Positions 51,180 through 62,402 are shown, counted from the stretch's first letter. The stretch is 64,000 bases of DNA from an uncultured delta proteobacterium (GCA_963754925.1 CAVWHX010000007.1:128001-192000); one strand, 5' to 3'. Numbers and translations: made by a program. The notes: generated from the letters alone by a model not told the origin.

Positions 51180-51956
51180 TTAGTTGGCGCCTTCATCGCT
51201 TGGTGACAGCGCCGATCGTCCCTTAATTCGACCGGAACGGTCAACGGACATGCCTTCGGGGAGAATCCCTTCGACCTTCTTTCGGTAACCCCGAACATCC
51301 CAACCGAGCTTCTGCAGCGCCAAGGCTACCGACGCCCTCAAGCGAACCGGCGTATCTTCATCAACCAGAAGCTGCAGCATCGCCTCGCGGGCGGTCTCGT
51401 CCGCCTTGCGGGTCAAAGCCTCCAGGGTCTCGATTTGCACCTCGTCCCGGTGGTCGTGCAAAAACGGGATCAACGCCGGCACGACGCGCGGATCGTTGTA
51501 TTCCGCCAACTGCGATACCAGAAGCGCCTTGCGCTCCGGTTCGCGGGTATAGCTGGTCCCTAGACGCGTAAGCGCCCGGATAATCACCGCAACCGCTTCG
51601 TCGGGAGACGCCACCGCTGCCAGAACTTTCAACGGCCAGGTGATCGGCACACTGGCGGCATCCTTGCGGTTGAGGTACTCCTCGATGGCCGGGATTACAG
51701 CGGCGCCAAAGCCGACGAGGATCTCAAAGACCTCCTGTTTCTCCTCTTCGTCCCTGATGCTCGCGTCGGTGTTGATCATGAAGCGTTCCAGCAACCCCAC
51801 GGCGCCTTCCCGACCACCCAATTCTTTGAAAAATTCCATCGCGCGGTGGCGGTCTTCCCCAAAACCAAATTTGTTTTTTATCCGCCTTTTGTGACGGGCA
51901 ATTAGTTTGGCCTGGTGTTTGGCGCGCCACGCCTCGAGTAGGGTGGAAAACATCAT
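51180..51956 (-). CDS. HEAT-repeat protein
   Basis: DPRVVPALIPFLHD..DEV and related helical repeats. Confidence 0.75.
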   Translation of the reverse strand: MMFSTLLEAWRAKHQAKLIARHKRRIKNKFGFGEDRHRAMEFFKELGGREGAVGLLERFMINTDASIRDEEEKQEVFEILVGFGAAVIPAIEEYLNRKDAASVPITWPLKVLAAVASPDEAVAVIIRALTRLGTSYTREPERKALLVSQLAEYNDPRVVPALIPFLHDHRDEVQIETLEALTRKADETAREAMLQLLVDEDTPVRLRASVALALQKLGWDVRGYRKKVEGILPEGMSVDRSGRIKGRSALSPSDEGAN

Positions 51957-52603
51957 TTGCTGACTTTCCAGGACATAACTGCCGTACCCAAAGCGCTGGA
52001 TACTTTAAGGGATACCTCAGAATCGTTTTCCGACACCGTCATGCCGTTCTGCTGTTGGAACGGGAACACCACCAGGTAGGCGCGCCCAAAATCATTCATG
52101 AAAGGAAAGAACGCGCGGGCATTGGGTCCACGATCGCGGAACCGTCTGATCACAACCGGATCAATACCCGATGGTTGAGCTCCGGCCCACAACCCTACCC
52201 TCCATACCGAATCGCGTTCATCCAGGTTGTTCCAGCCATTCTCGGGGGTATCCGCATATACGAAAAACTCGAGCCCTTGCCCGGTCGAGGTGGCAACCTT
52301 CTCGAGATCAGTGTCGACCTGGGTTGGATTCATGCCGAAGAACATAGTGTATTGATCCCTAAACGCCTGACGGAATTCGGGTGAAAGGTAGGTTGCTTGA
52401 ACGACCATGATTCGGTCCAAGCTATAGTAGATTCTGTCACCCCGCGTCCAGCGCAGAAGCTCCTCTTCGTATTTCTTATCGAGATGGTGGACGCTGCGGA
52501 CATTGATCTCCGGAGCACAGGAATACAGCCAGCTCAAAGCCATTCCACACACCATCAGCGCATAGATCTTTCCATTAAGTATGTGTCGCGTTCGATGTAT
52601 CAA
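51953..52603 (-). CDS. Hypothetical lipoprotein
   Basis: Lipobox-like LYSC; stop overlaps the next start; own start uncertain. Confidence 0.6.
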   Translation of the reverse strand: MIHRTRHILNGKIYALMVCGMALSWLYSCAPEINVRSVHHLDKKYEEELLRWTRGDRIYYSLDRIMVVQATYLSPEFRQAFRDQYTMFFGMNPTQVDTDLEKVATSTGQGLEFFVYADTPENGWNNLDERDSVWRVGLWAGAQPSGIDPVVIRRFRDRGPNARAFFPFMNDFGRAYLVVFPFQQQNGMTVSENDSEVSLKVSSALGTAVMSWKVSK

Positions 52604-52675
52604 AAAAACTCCTTCTCGCCCAACAAAACAAACTGATGTGCACCATCAATTCCCCAATAATGCGCTATCATGCCC

Positions 52676-53557
52676 TCACTCGCTCTGAAGGTCAACTTCG
52701 GGCAACGGGAGCGATATATCGTGGCACGCATCAAGGGTCGCCGCCGCCCGATACGAACTACGCACCAAGGTTCCCGCAATCACCTGCAGAAATCCAAACT
52801 CCTTGCCAACCTGGCGATAGCGTTCGTATTCAGCCTCTTCTACCATGCGTGCGACCGGCAGGTGCTGGTGCGAAGGGCGTAAGTATTGCCCGATGGTAAC
52901 CACCTGACAACCGACGCTGCGCAACCGAGCGAGCGTTTCAATCACTTCTTTTTCGCTCTCGCCGAGCCCGACCATCAGCCCGGATTTGCAGAAACCGGTT
53001 CCTCCGGAAGCCGCGTCGTTCAAGACCGCGAGCGAACGAGCGAAATCAGCCAGGGGACGAACCGTCGGGTATAGCCGCGGCACGCATTCGACATTGTGAT
53101 TGAAAACTTCGGGTGCTGCGGCCAAGACCGATCGCAGCGCCTCCCGGTTACCTCGAAAATCCGGAACTAACACCTCAATCGTGCTGCCCTGGTTTAACGC
53201 GCGCACCGCTCTGATACAAGCGGCAATATGAGCCGCGCCGCCATCGGCAAGGTCGTCGCGCGTAACCGAGGTAATGACAGCATGGCGTACATCGAGATCG
53301 CGCACCGCCTCGGCTACCCTGCGCGGCTCATCCCGATCCGGCGCGGCCGGAGGCCGGTCCTTGAGCACGGCGCAAAAGCGACAGCTTCGGGTGCAGACCG
53401 CGCCCAATACCAAAAAAGTCGCCGTCTGCCGGGCAAAGCAGTCTCCAATATTGGGACACCTACCCTCCTCGCAAACCGTATGGAGTTGCGCCCTTCTCAA
53501 GCGCACCTTGAGGGCATGGCGTTCGGAAGGTCGACCAAGGATACGAACACCGCTCAC
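52676..53557 (-). CDS. lipA: Lipoyl synthase
   Basis: CEEGRCPNIGDC, CTRSCRFC, GQYLRPS, VRSSY. Confidence 0.96.
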   Translation of the reverse strand: MSGVRILGRPSERHALKVRLRRAQLHTVCEEGRCPNIGDCFARQTATFLVLGAVCTRSCRFCAVLKDRPPAAPDRDEPRRVAEAVRDLDVRHAVITSVTRDDLADGGAAHIAACIRAVRALNQGSTIEVLVPDFRGNREALRSVLAAAPEVFNHNVECVPRLYPTVRPLADFARSLAVLNDAASGGTGFCKSGLMVGLGESEKEVIETLARLRSVGCQVVTIGQYLRPSHQHLPVARMVEEAEYERYRQVGKEFGFLQVIAGTLVRSSYRAAATLDACHDISLPLPEVDLQSE

Positions 53558-53558
53558 C

Positions 53559-53873
53559 TTACGACTCCTCGGCCTCGGAAGGAGGAATGCGAATGCCGCA
53601 GTTGCGGCAAATCACCCCTTCGATCGACACCCCGCAGGTTGGACACTTCCGGAGGCTTTCTAATGAATCGTGCTGCGGGGCAGGCGGTTGATACATCGTG
53701 ATGCGCAGTCCGCACGTGTCGCAAAACTTCCCCGACGCTTGCTCATGGCCGCACTGATCGCAGTGAAGAAGAGCCGCCGGGGCCGAACGTTCCGTGGCCC
53801 GCGGAAGCATCAAGCCGCAGGACTCGCAGATACGCCCGGATTGCTGCTCATGGCCACAGTGTTCGCAACGCAT
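53559..53873 (-). CDS. Multi-zinc-ribbon protein
   Basis: Six CxxCG motifs; start MRCEHC at 53873 with RBS GGAGG. Confidence 0.75.
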   Translation of the reverse strand: MRCEHCGHEQQSGRICESCGLMLPRATERSAPAALLHCDQCGHEQASGKFCDTCGLRITMYQPPAPQHDSLESLRKCPTCGVSIEGVICRNCGIRIPPSEAEES

Positions 53874-53916
53874 CGACTGACCTCCGGTCTGTGCCCGATC
53901 TCTCTTGTACCAAATG

Positions 53917-56046
53917 TCACGCCACTTCCGCCAGCAACAACCGATCGCCCCACCGTCGCCACAGCGCATGCCGTATGTGTTGGTTTTCAGGCTGCTTGAG
54001 CAGTGAATCGCGCTCGATCAACGCAAATGCATCCTTGCGCGCTTCAGCGAGGAGTTCGGCATCGCGCATGAGATTGCCAAATAAAAATGACGGGAGGCCG
54101 GACTGACGGGTGCCGATAAATTCACCAGGACCACGAATGGCCAAGTCCTCCTCGGCGATTAAAAATCCGTCGTTGGTTTTCTCCATGATTTTGAGCCGAC
54201 TGCGAGCGTCTTCCGATGGATATCGATGAGCCACCAGATAACACGTTCCGGGCCTCGTTCCCCGTCCGATTCGTCCGCGCAACTGATGGAGTTGGCTGAG
54301 TCCGAAGCGCTCGGCGTGCTCAACCACCATCAGGGTAGCCTGCGGAACATCCACACCCACCTCGACCACGGTGGTCGCCACCAACACATCCACCTCGCCC
54401 GCGGCGAATCGGCTCATGACCCGATCCTTTTCCTCGCCGCTCATTCTGCCATGCAATAAGGCGAGTCGCAAACCCGCCAGGGTGCCGGTGCGCAGCCGTT
54501 CGTACATCTGCGTGGCGTCGCGGAGCTCGACCTTGTCTGACTCTTCTACCAATGGATACACCAGGAACGCCTGGCCGCCCGCCTTAACCTCGCGACGCAC
54601 CTGCTGGTATGCTTGCAGCACTTCCGTACCTCTCAAAACAACCGTTTTTATAGGGCTGCGGCCCGGAGGCAATTCTTCAAGCATCGAAACATCGAGATCG
54701 CCGTATATGGTCATCGCGAGTGTCCGAGGAATCGGCGTGGCGGTCATGACCAAGACGTGCGGTTGTTCCCCTTTCGCCCGCAGCCGCGCTCGTTGCATGA
54801 CGCCGAAGCGATGTTGCTCGTCGATCACACACAATCCCAGCCGCTTATAGCGGACGCCTTCTTCGATCAACGCATGCGTGCCGATCACCACCTGCACCGC
54901 ACCCGTGGCCACTGCCTCCAAGATCTGGGAACGGGCGGCACCTTTAATGGTCGAGGTCAAAAGCGCCACCTTAATCGGTTGTCGGCCGCGTTGCATCATG
55001 GCTTGCATGCGGCGATGGTGCTGATCGGCGAGGATCTCGGTCGGCGCCATAAAAGCGGTCTGGGCCCCGGCGTGCGCGGCCACCACCGAGAGCAGGGCCG
55101 CCAATGCCGTCTTGCCCGAGCCAACATCACCTTGCAACAAGCGGTTCATGGGTTTTGGCGAGGTGAGGTCGGCGAGCAACTCGGCCAGCACCTTCTGTTG
55201 CCCGCCCGTGAGTTCAAACCCGAAGAGATCGCGCGCGAGCGTCAGCATATCGTCCGAAACCGGCAGTGGTCGGCTACCCGTGCGTTTTATCAATTCACGC
55301 CGCAGCGCCAATCCGAGTTGCAGGAGAAAAAACTCCTCGTAGACGACCCGGCGATGGGCGGTCGATCGGCCATCGTTATAAGCATCGAGGTCGGCGTCGA
55401 TCGGCGGAAAGTGCACCAGACGGAGAGCTTCCGCAAGGGGGGGAAACCCGTGTTTGACGCATATCTGCTCGGGCAGAATATCGGTTACCGATGCGGCGTA
55501 CTGCTCAACCACCCGGCGCATGATCCGGCGCAGCGTCTTTGGATACACGCCGTCGATCTCGGGATAAACGGGAATCAAGGTGCCGAAGTCTTGACCGACT
55601 ATCTCATCCTCGTCGCCAAGCTTCTCGATATCGGGGTGAATCACCTGGCGCACCCCGCGGTAGATTTCCAGGATGGCGGCCACGCGCACCCGATCCCCCC
55701 GCGCGAAGCGGCGTTCAATGGACGGCGCGTGAAAATGAAACCAGCGCGCGCGCAGCTTGCCGGTGGTATCCCCAAGCAACACCTCGAACATCTGCCGGCC
55801 AGCACCGGTTCGACGCACGCCGAAATCAAGCACCTCGGCCTGAAACGAGGCCCGCGTGCCGGACACGAGTTCCCGAATCGTCACCACGCAGCGTCGATCT
55901 TCATAGCGTCGGGGGAGAAGAAACAATGCGTCCCCCACCGTATGAATATCGCGGGTGGCAAAATGCTCGGCCAACCGCGGCCCCACACCCTTTACATACT
56001 GAATCGGGCTCTGCAGCACATCGGCATCTTGATTGCAAGCGGCCAT
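53917..56046 (-). CDS. recG: ATP-dependent DNA helicase RecG
   Basis: QGDVGSGKT, DEQHRFG, TATPIPRT, QLRGRIGRG, RGPGE. Confidence 0.97.
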   Translation of the reverse strand: MAACNQDADVLQSPIQYVKGVGPRLAEHFATRDIHTVGDALFLLPRRYEDRRCVVTIRELVSGTRASFQAEVLDFGVRRTGAGRQMFEVLLGDTTGKLRARWFHFHAPSIERRFARGDRVRVAAILEIYRGVRQVIHPDIEKLGDEDEIVGQDFGTLIPVYPEIDGVYPKTLRRIMRRVVEQYAASVTDILPEQICVKHGFPPLAEALRLVHFPPIDADLDAYNDGRSTAHRRVVYEEFFLLQLGLALRRELIKRTGSRPLPVSDDMLTLARDLFGFELTGGQQKVLAELLADLTSPKPMNRLLQGDVGSGKTALAALLSVVAAHAGAQTAFMAPTEILADQHHRRMQAMMQRGRQPIKVALLTSTIKGAARSQILEAVATGAVQVVIGTHALIEEGVRYKRLGLCVIDEQHRFGVMQRARLRAKGEQPHVLVMTATPIPRTLAMTIYGDLDVSMLEELPPGRSPIKTVVLRGTEVLQAYQQVRREVKAGGQAFLVYPLVEESDKVELRDATQMYERLRTGTLAGLRLALLHGRMSGEEKDRVMSRFAAGEVDVLVATTVVEVGVDVPQATLMVVEHAERFGLSQLHQLRGRIGRGTRPGTCYLVAHRYPSEDARSRLKIMEKTNDGFLIAEEDLAIRGPGEFIGTRQSGLPSFLFGNLMRDAELLAEARKDAFALIERDSLLKQPENQHIRHALWRRWGDRLLLAEVA

Positions 56047-56047
56047 G

Positions 56048-57301
56048 TCAGCGTTGGCAGTTCTTCTGGTTTATGATTTCGAGCAGGGCTTGGGCGCGGG
56101 CTTTGTCGTTAGCCATGGCCAATGCGTCGTACTCGGTTGAAGCCTTCGTAAGCATGGTCAATCCACAGTACGCCTGGCCGAGGAAGAAGTGCGCCTCGTG
56201 GTCTTGGTAGTTTACCTGGATGACGGGCTCGAGGGTCGAGACAGCGTCCTTGAAGCGTTTACGGGCCAAGTAGAGCTGACTCAACAGTATCCGGCACGGC
56301 TGGCAGAGGGGAGTTAACATGAGGGTCTTCTCGAGCAAGCGTAGGGCTTCGCCATCTTGTTTATGTAACAACTGCAACCGAGCCAAGTTGAGATAGCCTT
56401 CGGCCAATTCGGGCTCCACCGTAACCGCCTTGGTATACTCCTTGAACGCCAAGTCATTGAGCAAATTCTTCTCGTAGATCTGACCGAGGCGCACATGGGC
56501 CAGGCCGAGATTCGGATTGAGGCGGATGGCCTGCTGCAACGGGACCATCGCGCGTTCGGTATCGCCCAATCGAAATAACGCATTGCCGAGATAGTATTGC
56601 CCCAAGGCGTTGCCATGATCCTTTTGTACCGCTCGTTCGAGAACCGGCAACGCCCGTTTAGGCTCATTGGCAAAAATATAGGTTTTGCCTACCTGAATCA
56701 ACGGTTCAGCGCTTTCAGGTGCGGCAGATGCGGCGGCGGTATAGGCCTCGAGCGCACGATTAAAATCGTTTGCCTCAAAAAAGATATCCCCCCGCTTCAA
56801 ATGTGCCTGGACATGCTTTGGGTTTCTGCTAACCGTGCTGTCGAAACATTTCATGGCCTCGGTGGGATTATGCTGCTCCAGTAACATGGTTCCTTTGAGG
56901 TAGTAGTTTTCCGGATCGTCGGGGGCTAATTGAATCGCTTGATCGACCTCAGTTAATGCCTGCGGCAACCGCTCCTTCGCCTTATAGGCGCGAGCCAGTC
57001 CACGATGAGCGTCAACCGAGCTCGGCGCTTTTTTTACCGCACTTTCAAAAGCCCCGATGGCTTGATCAACGTGATTGAGTTTGAGGTTTAGTTCTCCAGC
57101 CTTGCACGAGCCCTGAACGGTTTTTTCCTCGTTCCGGTCGGCCTCGGCGTAGGCCTTCAGCGCGTCGCTCATCTTGCCCTGGCTGGCGAGTTCGTCACCA
57201 CGGCGTAGCAATTCAGGAACTGGCGAGCACCCGCCGATAGAAAAACACAAGGTCATACCGACCATCCATCGGCCCCAGTGTCTTCTAGGCATCGCGTCCA
57301 T
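56048..57301 (-). CDS. TPR-repeat lipoprotein
   Basis: IGGC lipobox followed by about ten TPR repeats. Confidence 0.85.
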   Translation of the reverse strand: MDAMPRRHWGRWMVGMTLCFSIGGCSPVPELLRRGDELASQGKMSDALKAYAEADRNEEKTVQGSCKAGELNLKLNHVDQAIGAFESAVKKAPSSVDAHRGLARAYKAKERLPQALTEVDQAIQLAPDDPENYYLKGTMLLEQHNPTEAMKCFDSTVSRNPKHVQAHLKRGDIFFEANDFNRALEAYTAAASAAPESAEPLIQVGKTYIFANEPKRALPVLERAVQKDHGNALGQYYLGNALFRLGDTERAMVPLQQAIRLNPNLGLAHVRLGQIYEKNLLNDLAFKEYTKAVTVEPELAEGYLNLARLQLLHKQDGEALRLLEKTLMLTPLCQPCRILLSQLYLARKRFKDAVSTLEPVIQVNYQDHEAHFFLGQAYCGLTMLTKASTEYDALAMANDKARAQALLEIINQKNCQR

Positions 57302-57315
57302 GTCGTTCCTCGCCG

Positions 57316-57792
57316 CTACTCAAAACTAATCCCTTCGACCACGAACTCGCGTTCGCCGGCCGGGGTCTGAACCACGAACAGGTCGCCAACCGCCTTGCCT
57401 ATCATCGCTCTTCCCATGGGAGCTTTAATTGAGATCTTTCCCCGTGGGAGATCCGTCTCTTCCTCACCGACCAACTGGTACGTGATGCGGCGATCGTTCG
57501 AGCAATCAGTAAGAATAACCGTCGCGCCAAAAACCACCGTAGTGCCCTTAACATCCTCGGGGCGTATCACCTGGGCGCGGGCGAGCTTGTCTTCAACGTC
57601 CTTGATACGCTGATCGAGCTGTTGCTGGTGCTCCTTGGCAGCATCGTATTCGGCGTTCTCGGACAAATCACCATGACCGCGCGCGTCTTCGATTGCCTGG
57701 ATAATCTTCGGACGTTCCTCTGATTTTAACCGCTTCAACTCTTCCAGCAGCTTGCGATACCCATCGGGCGTCATCGGAACCCTTTCAGCCAT
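57316..57792 (-). CDS. greA: Transcription elongation factor GreA
   Basis: MAERVPMT, HGDLSENAEY, GKISIKAPMG; start ATG 57792 with RBS GAGGAG. Confidence 0.96.
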   Translation of the reverse strand: MAERVPMTPDGYRKLLEELKRLKSEERPKIIQAIEDARGHGDLSENAEYDAAKEHQQQLDQRIKDVEDKLARAQVIRPEDVKGTTVVFGATVILTDCSNDRRITYQLVGEEETDLPRGKISIKAPMGRAMIGKAVGDLFVVQTPAGEREFVVEGISFE

Positions 57793-58020
57793 AGTCGCTA
57801 CTCCTCGTGGGTGTTGTGAAAACCAAACGCCGCGGATCACCGCGGCGTTCAACCATTTTAGATCGCATGCCGTCCTCGAATCAAGCAGAAAGACTGCACA
57901 AACGGATATCACCCCAGCCGGTTGTGGTACGTCACCTATCGCTACGCCGAGCTCACTAAAAACTTGGCACGATCCATCTGCTGTGGCTAAGATCTCATTA
58001 AATCGCAAATAGGAGAGGTC

Positions 58021-59337
58021 ATGACGACAACCAAAGTCATCATCATGGGCGCAGCCGGTCGGGACTTCCACGACTTCAACACCTATTATCGCGACAATGA
58101 AAGGTATCAGGTCATCGCCTTTACCGCCACTCAGATTCCGAAGATCGGCGGCCGACTATACCCGCCGGTGCTCGCCGGAAAGCTCTATCCCAAAGGCATC
58201 CGTATTTTCCCAGAGGAGAAGCTGGCCGAGCTCATTCGCACCCATGACATCGATGAAGTTGTTTTCGCGTACAGCGACATCAGTCATGTGGAGTTAATGC
58301 ACAAGGCCTCCCTCGTACTCGCCTCCGGCGCCAGCTTTAGGCTCCTAGGGCCGCACGCTACGAGTCTTGTCTCGAAAAAACCAGTCATCAGCGTTTGTGC
58401 CGTGCGCACCGGCGTTGGGAAGAGCTCGGCTACGCGCTACGTTATCAAGGTTCTGCACGAAATGGGCAAAAAGGTGGTTGCCGTCCGGCACCCGATGCCC
58501 TACGGCGATCTTTCCAAGGAGATCTGTCAACGTTTCGCCACGCTTCAGGATCTCGACGCGCAAAACTGCACCATTGAGGAGCGCGAAGAGTATGAACCGC
58601 ATATCCGAAAAGGGGTGGTGGTGTATGCCGGCGTCGACTACGCCGAGATACTGACCCAGGCGGAAAAAGAGGCCGATATCATCGTCTGGGATGGCGGTAA
58701 CAACGATTTTTCTTTTATTCAGCCGAATCTCCAGATTGTCCTGGTCGATCCCCATCGCGCCGGTCACGAACTGCTCTACCATCCCGGCGAGACTAATTTG
58801 CGCCTTGCCAATGTGGTGGTGATCAACAAGATTTCTTCGTCGCAACCCGAGTGGATCAAAACCGTTCAAGACAATATCGCCCGGATCAACCCTTGCGCCA
58901 GCGTCGTCAAGTCCGACTCGCCCATCACCGTTGAGAATCCTCAGGAGGTCAAGGGCAAGCGCGTCTTGGTGGTTGAGGACGGGCCCACCTTGACTCACGG
59001 CGAGATGAAATACGGGGCTGGCACGTTGGCGGCAGAACAGTATGGGGCAAAAGAGATAGTCGATCCGCGACCGTACGCTATAGGCGCCATCAAAGAGGCC
59101 CTCGAAAAATACCGCCACATCGGGCCGCTCCTGCCGGCGATGGGTTACAACAAAGCCCAGCTTCGCGATCTCGAAGCCACCATCAAAAAGATCGACTGCG
59201 ATCTGATTCTTATCGGTACCCCTATCGACCTAGGCCGGGTTATTACCATCAATCAACCGACATTGCGCGTAACCTACGAACTGGCAGACTGCGGTACGCC
59301 AACCCTGGCCGAGTGCATCCGCGAGAGGATAAACTAG
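58021..59337 (+). CDS. Cyclic 2,3-diphosphoglycerate synthetase-like P-loop protein
   Basis: MGAAGRDFH, RTGVGKS, RHPMPYG, EEREEYE, WDGGNND, EDGPTLTHG, PAMGY. Confidence 0.85.
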   Translation: MTTTKVIIMGAAGRDFHDFNTYYRDNERYQVIAFTATQIPKIGGRLYPPVLAGKLYPKGIRIFPEEKLAELIRTHDIDEVVFAYSDISHVELMHKASLVLASGASFRLLGPHATSLVSKKPVISVCAVRTGVGKSSATRYVIKVLHEMGKKVVAVRHPMPYGDLSKEICQRFATLQDLDAQNCTIEEREEYEPHIRKGVVVYAGVDYAEILTQAEKEADIIVWDGGNNDFSFIQPNLQIVLVDPHRAGHELLYHPGETNLRLANVVVINKISSSQPEWIKTVQDNIARINPCASVVKSDSPITVENPQEVKGKRVLVVEDGPTLTHGEMKYGAGTLAAEQYGAKEIVDPRPYAIGAIKEALEKYRHIGPLLPAMGYNKAQLRDLEATIKKIDCDLILIGTPIDLGRVITINQPTLRVTYELADCGTPTLAECIRERIN

Positions 59338-59344
59338 AGACTTT

Positions 59345-60106
59345 ATGGGAACCATAATGTGCACAGTACGAATTAAGCTTGGCACCTATGAAAATGTCGA
59401 CGCGGACTGTCCAACGTGCGGTAAAACGTCCCGATACAACAGGGTTTCGGACCTGAAGACTACGGAGCCAATTCCCGGAAAGGATGTCGCCTGTCTCCAG
59501 CCAGATTGTCGTCAAACGTTTAGAATCATTTCGGACACGATTAATCCCAGACATGAAATGCTTGTCTACGACTGCTACGACCTCATCAAAGAGAAGCGAT
59601 ATGCTCAGTGCATACTAAACCTATGCCAAGCTTGGGAGTGTTACTTTAGCCTGTTCTTACGTGTCACCCTCTGTTACGCACCTTTTTCTGGCCAGAACAA
59701 AGACATTAATCATATAAATAAGAATCTCCAGGAACTGTATTCAAAGATTAAGAATTGGACTTACAACCCCTTGCGGAGCGCATATGCGGTTGTGGTTGGA
59801 AAATACGGGAAACGGGTTCCGTCTTCGGACGTTGATATCGTCCTCGCCAACCTTGCGAACTACAAGAATTACAAAATACAATGTGTTGTTCAATCGACGA
59901 AGGATCCGAAATGGCAAACACATCTTGAGTGCCTGAGTAAGACCAAGATTAATGTAAAGCGAAATGAGGTTGTCCACAAAGAATCGCATAGGCCCACTCT
60001 GCAGGAAGCAAATGATGCAATTGAGGAAACGAGAAGAATATTATTTTCCTTAGCTCAGGAAACCGAGATCCAGACTGAGGACGTCAACTGGTACCTTAGC
60101 CACTAG
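59345..60106 (+). CDS. Hypothetical protein with N-terminal Cys pairs
   Basis: 253-aa lower-GC ORF; CPTC, CLQPDC; RNEVVH resembles a HEPN RxxxxH motif. Confidence 0.55.
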   Translation: MGTIMCTVRIKLGTYENVDADCPTCGKTSRYNRVSDLKTTEPIPGKDVACLQPDCRQTFRIISDTINPRHEMLVYDCYDLIKEKRYAQCILNLCQAWECYFSLFLRVTLCYAPFSGQNKDINHINKNLQELYSKIKNWTYNPLRSAYAVVVGKYGKRVPSSDVDIVLANLANYKNYKIQCVVQSTKDPKWQTHLECLSKTKINVKRNEVVHKESHRPTLQEANDAIEETRRILFSLAQETEIQTEDVNWYLSH

Positions 60107-60186
60107 ATGCTTTTGCTTATAAATTAAGGTCTTTATTCCAGGACCTGCGTAGAAGATGGCAGAAGCACTTCTAGAAGCGCAATCAA

Positions 60187-60492
60187 CTACGGAATGTGGA
60201 TGGACGCTACTGCCCACATACGCTCCTGTTTGATATCTCCATACTCGTGCGCTAGCACGTTTCGCTGACCGATAATGCCCTTCCATGGAATTTCCGGATG
60301 TTCTTCTTTAAACGCATCCGTCACGCGTCTTGCCGCTTCACCAATTATTTCCACAGCGCGCTCCACCGCCATCTGAAGCTTTCGATCCTCTATGTACTGT
60401 TTGACGGTAACGTCTGAAATGAAACTCTTTACCGTGCGTGCTGCATCGAGCATATCCCAGAGATAGGCTGCGTCGCGCTCTTCAGGCCGCAT
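60187..60492 (-). CDS. HEPN (DUF86/HepT-like) toxin
   Basis: AVERAVEIIGEAA, IPWKGIIGQRNVLAHEYG; C-terminus slightly short. Confidence 0.9.
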   Translation of the reverse strand: MRPEERDAAYLWDMLDAARTVKSFISDVTVKQYIEDRKLQMAVERAVEIIGEAARRVTDAFKEEHPEIPWKGIIGQRNVLAHEYGDIKQERMWAVASIHIP

Positions 60493-60790
60493 GGAGAATC
60501 TTTCTGTTCTTCATAATAGAATTTCGGCGAAACGGGTTGCGTATGGCTTCTTTTTCCACAAGATCAACTTCGCGCCCGAAAATTGATTTCAGTTCCTCCT
60601 GCATTCTGACGACATCGAGCAGGCTCCAACCCGCATATTCATCAAAGCTTACCATCACGTCCACATCACTATCAGGTCGAAAATCGTCGCGCAGTATCGA
60701 TCCGAATAGTGAAAATTCCGTGATCTTCCATGTGCGGCAGAAATCCCTAATCTTATCCATTGGAATGTCTATTTTTAGCTGTGCTCTCAC
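60482..60790 (-). CDS. Minimal nucleotidyltransferase (MNT) antitoxin
   Basis: LFGSILRDDFRPDSDVDV, GREVDLV; overlaps the HEPN gene. Confidence 0.92.
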   Translation of the reverse strand: MRAQLKIDIPMDKIRDFCRTWKITEFSLFGSILRDDFRPDSDVDVMVSFDEYAGWSLLDVVRMQEELKSIFGREVDLVEKEAIRNPFRRNSIMKNRKILHAA

Positions 60791-61168
60791 GACTCAAACC
60801 CGCCCTAATCAAATTATCAGCCAATCGTTACCCGCTTACAATCTTATGCGGCATTAAAACTATCATCTAAGAATCATGCGCAGAAATCAAGGTATTCTTC
60901 TCTCAAAAACATAAAACGATGAGAATCTTTTTCTCTCAGGAAACCCAAGGATTGAGGTAGAAAATCATTCCATTTCTTTTCGTTCCAAAATCACTGTACA
61001 TGAGGGTATGCGCCTGGTGTAATAAGATAGGCCATAACGGTGAATGGCTTCCTATCGAGGAATATTTTGGTCGAGAATTTGCCACAATGACATCTCATGG
61101 CATTTGTCCGGAATGCTCCAAAACGCTTAGAGAGCTTAGGGGGAGAGAAAGTCTGTCTACCTATTAAA

Positions 61169-62402
61169 CTATTGTTCAACCACTAACACATTAAATGGCG
61201 AATCGAATGTCGGACACGTGCTGTGACTAATAGTAAAAGCGACATACTTGTTTTTTATCTGGGTTACCGCCATAACAATAGGGAATGTTAACTGACAAGA
61301 AGCGGTAACGGTTGCCGTTATCAAGCCAGGCGCCGGTTGCGATGCATTCTTAAAATTCACGGTGCCGCCTGATGTAGAGAGTAAGCCATTATCAATGTCA
61401 GTATATTCTAATGCATTCATGTTAGTTCCGTCCGCAGTGACGGAAACGGGAGATGTTTCAGGTACTCCACAATGGCTACTTAAACACGTGCCTCCAGAGA
61501 TTCCATTTTTGTCGTTGCAGTCGCCATCTGAGATACATCCATCATAGTAATCATCCCAGGGGTCAAAGTTCATACCCTTAAACGACCTTCCGTTAGCCAG
61601 GAAATCGTTGAGGTCTATATCTGAGGCCGGTTGCACCACCCCGGCGAAACCATAACTGGCACTGTCTTGAATGAAAATACCTGATGGGGTGAACGCAATC
61701 CTTACGGGATTGGTATTAGAGTCTGAACACTGTATAACACCTTCACTACACGCGCACGAAGACAGGGAAACCGGATCGCCCGGCCGATCCGTCTAAATGA
61801 TATGCGGTGACATCTACGGCATAGGTTCCTCCTGAAACAGTTATTACAGCTGTCCCATATGCGTTATCCGCACTTGAACAGGATTTGGTTGCAATGACCG
61901 CCGTGGCTGTCGGACACCAATCACTGCCGGGCATGATAATCCAGTTTGCACTGGTAATCCCCTCCGAGGGACAAGCGCCTTGTGCGGCAGCTACCACCGG
62001 CCCATTCACTGACAGCTGTACGGTACCATCATGGTCAAATGTGTAAAATGGCGCCACCGCCGCCATTACCATGGTATCAGGGATCTCTAACGTATATGCG
62101 GATGCAGGAATAGGTAGCTTTGTGTCATTTGAGCTGGTGATATTCAATTTTGAAAATCCAGCCGAAATCCCGGTCAATTGAGTTTCGCTGCCGGAATAAT
62201 TAAGGCCCTGTGTATTATTTATTGCCGTGAAGGTTACTGAGCCGCTCGTGTCCGTTGTTCTGGTCCATGACCAATAATCTCCGGGAGTTTGTGTCCCAAC
62301 AAAATTTGTAGTACCGGTTTTTGAATTACCGCCGCCACCACATCCTAGAATTATCAGTGACCAGAAAATAGTCATCGACACAGCAAGGTTTCTAAATCTC
62401 AT
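61169..62402 (-). CDS. Hypothetical lipoprotein, frameshift near 61770
   Basis: ILGCGGGG lipobox; ORFs 61746-62402 and 61169-61639 have similar Thr/Ser-rich composition. Confidence 0.6.

Noticed and set aside
54613..56076. 487-aa plus-strand ORF
   Set aside because: Antisense to recG; typical shadow ORF in GC-rich DNA.
57793..58071. Long N-terminal extension of GreA (likewise NusB, RpiB, FeoC)
   Set aside because: Conserved starts lie downstream; the extensions cover intergenic DNA or neighbouring genes.
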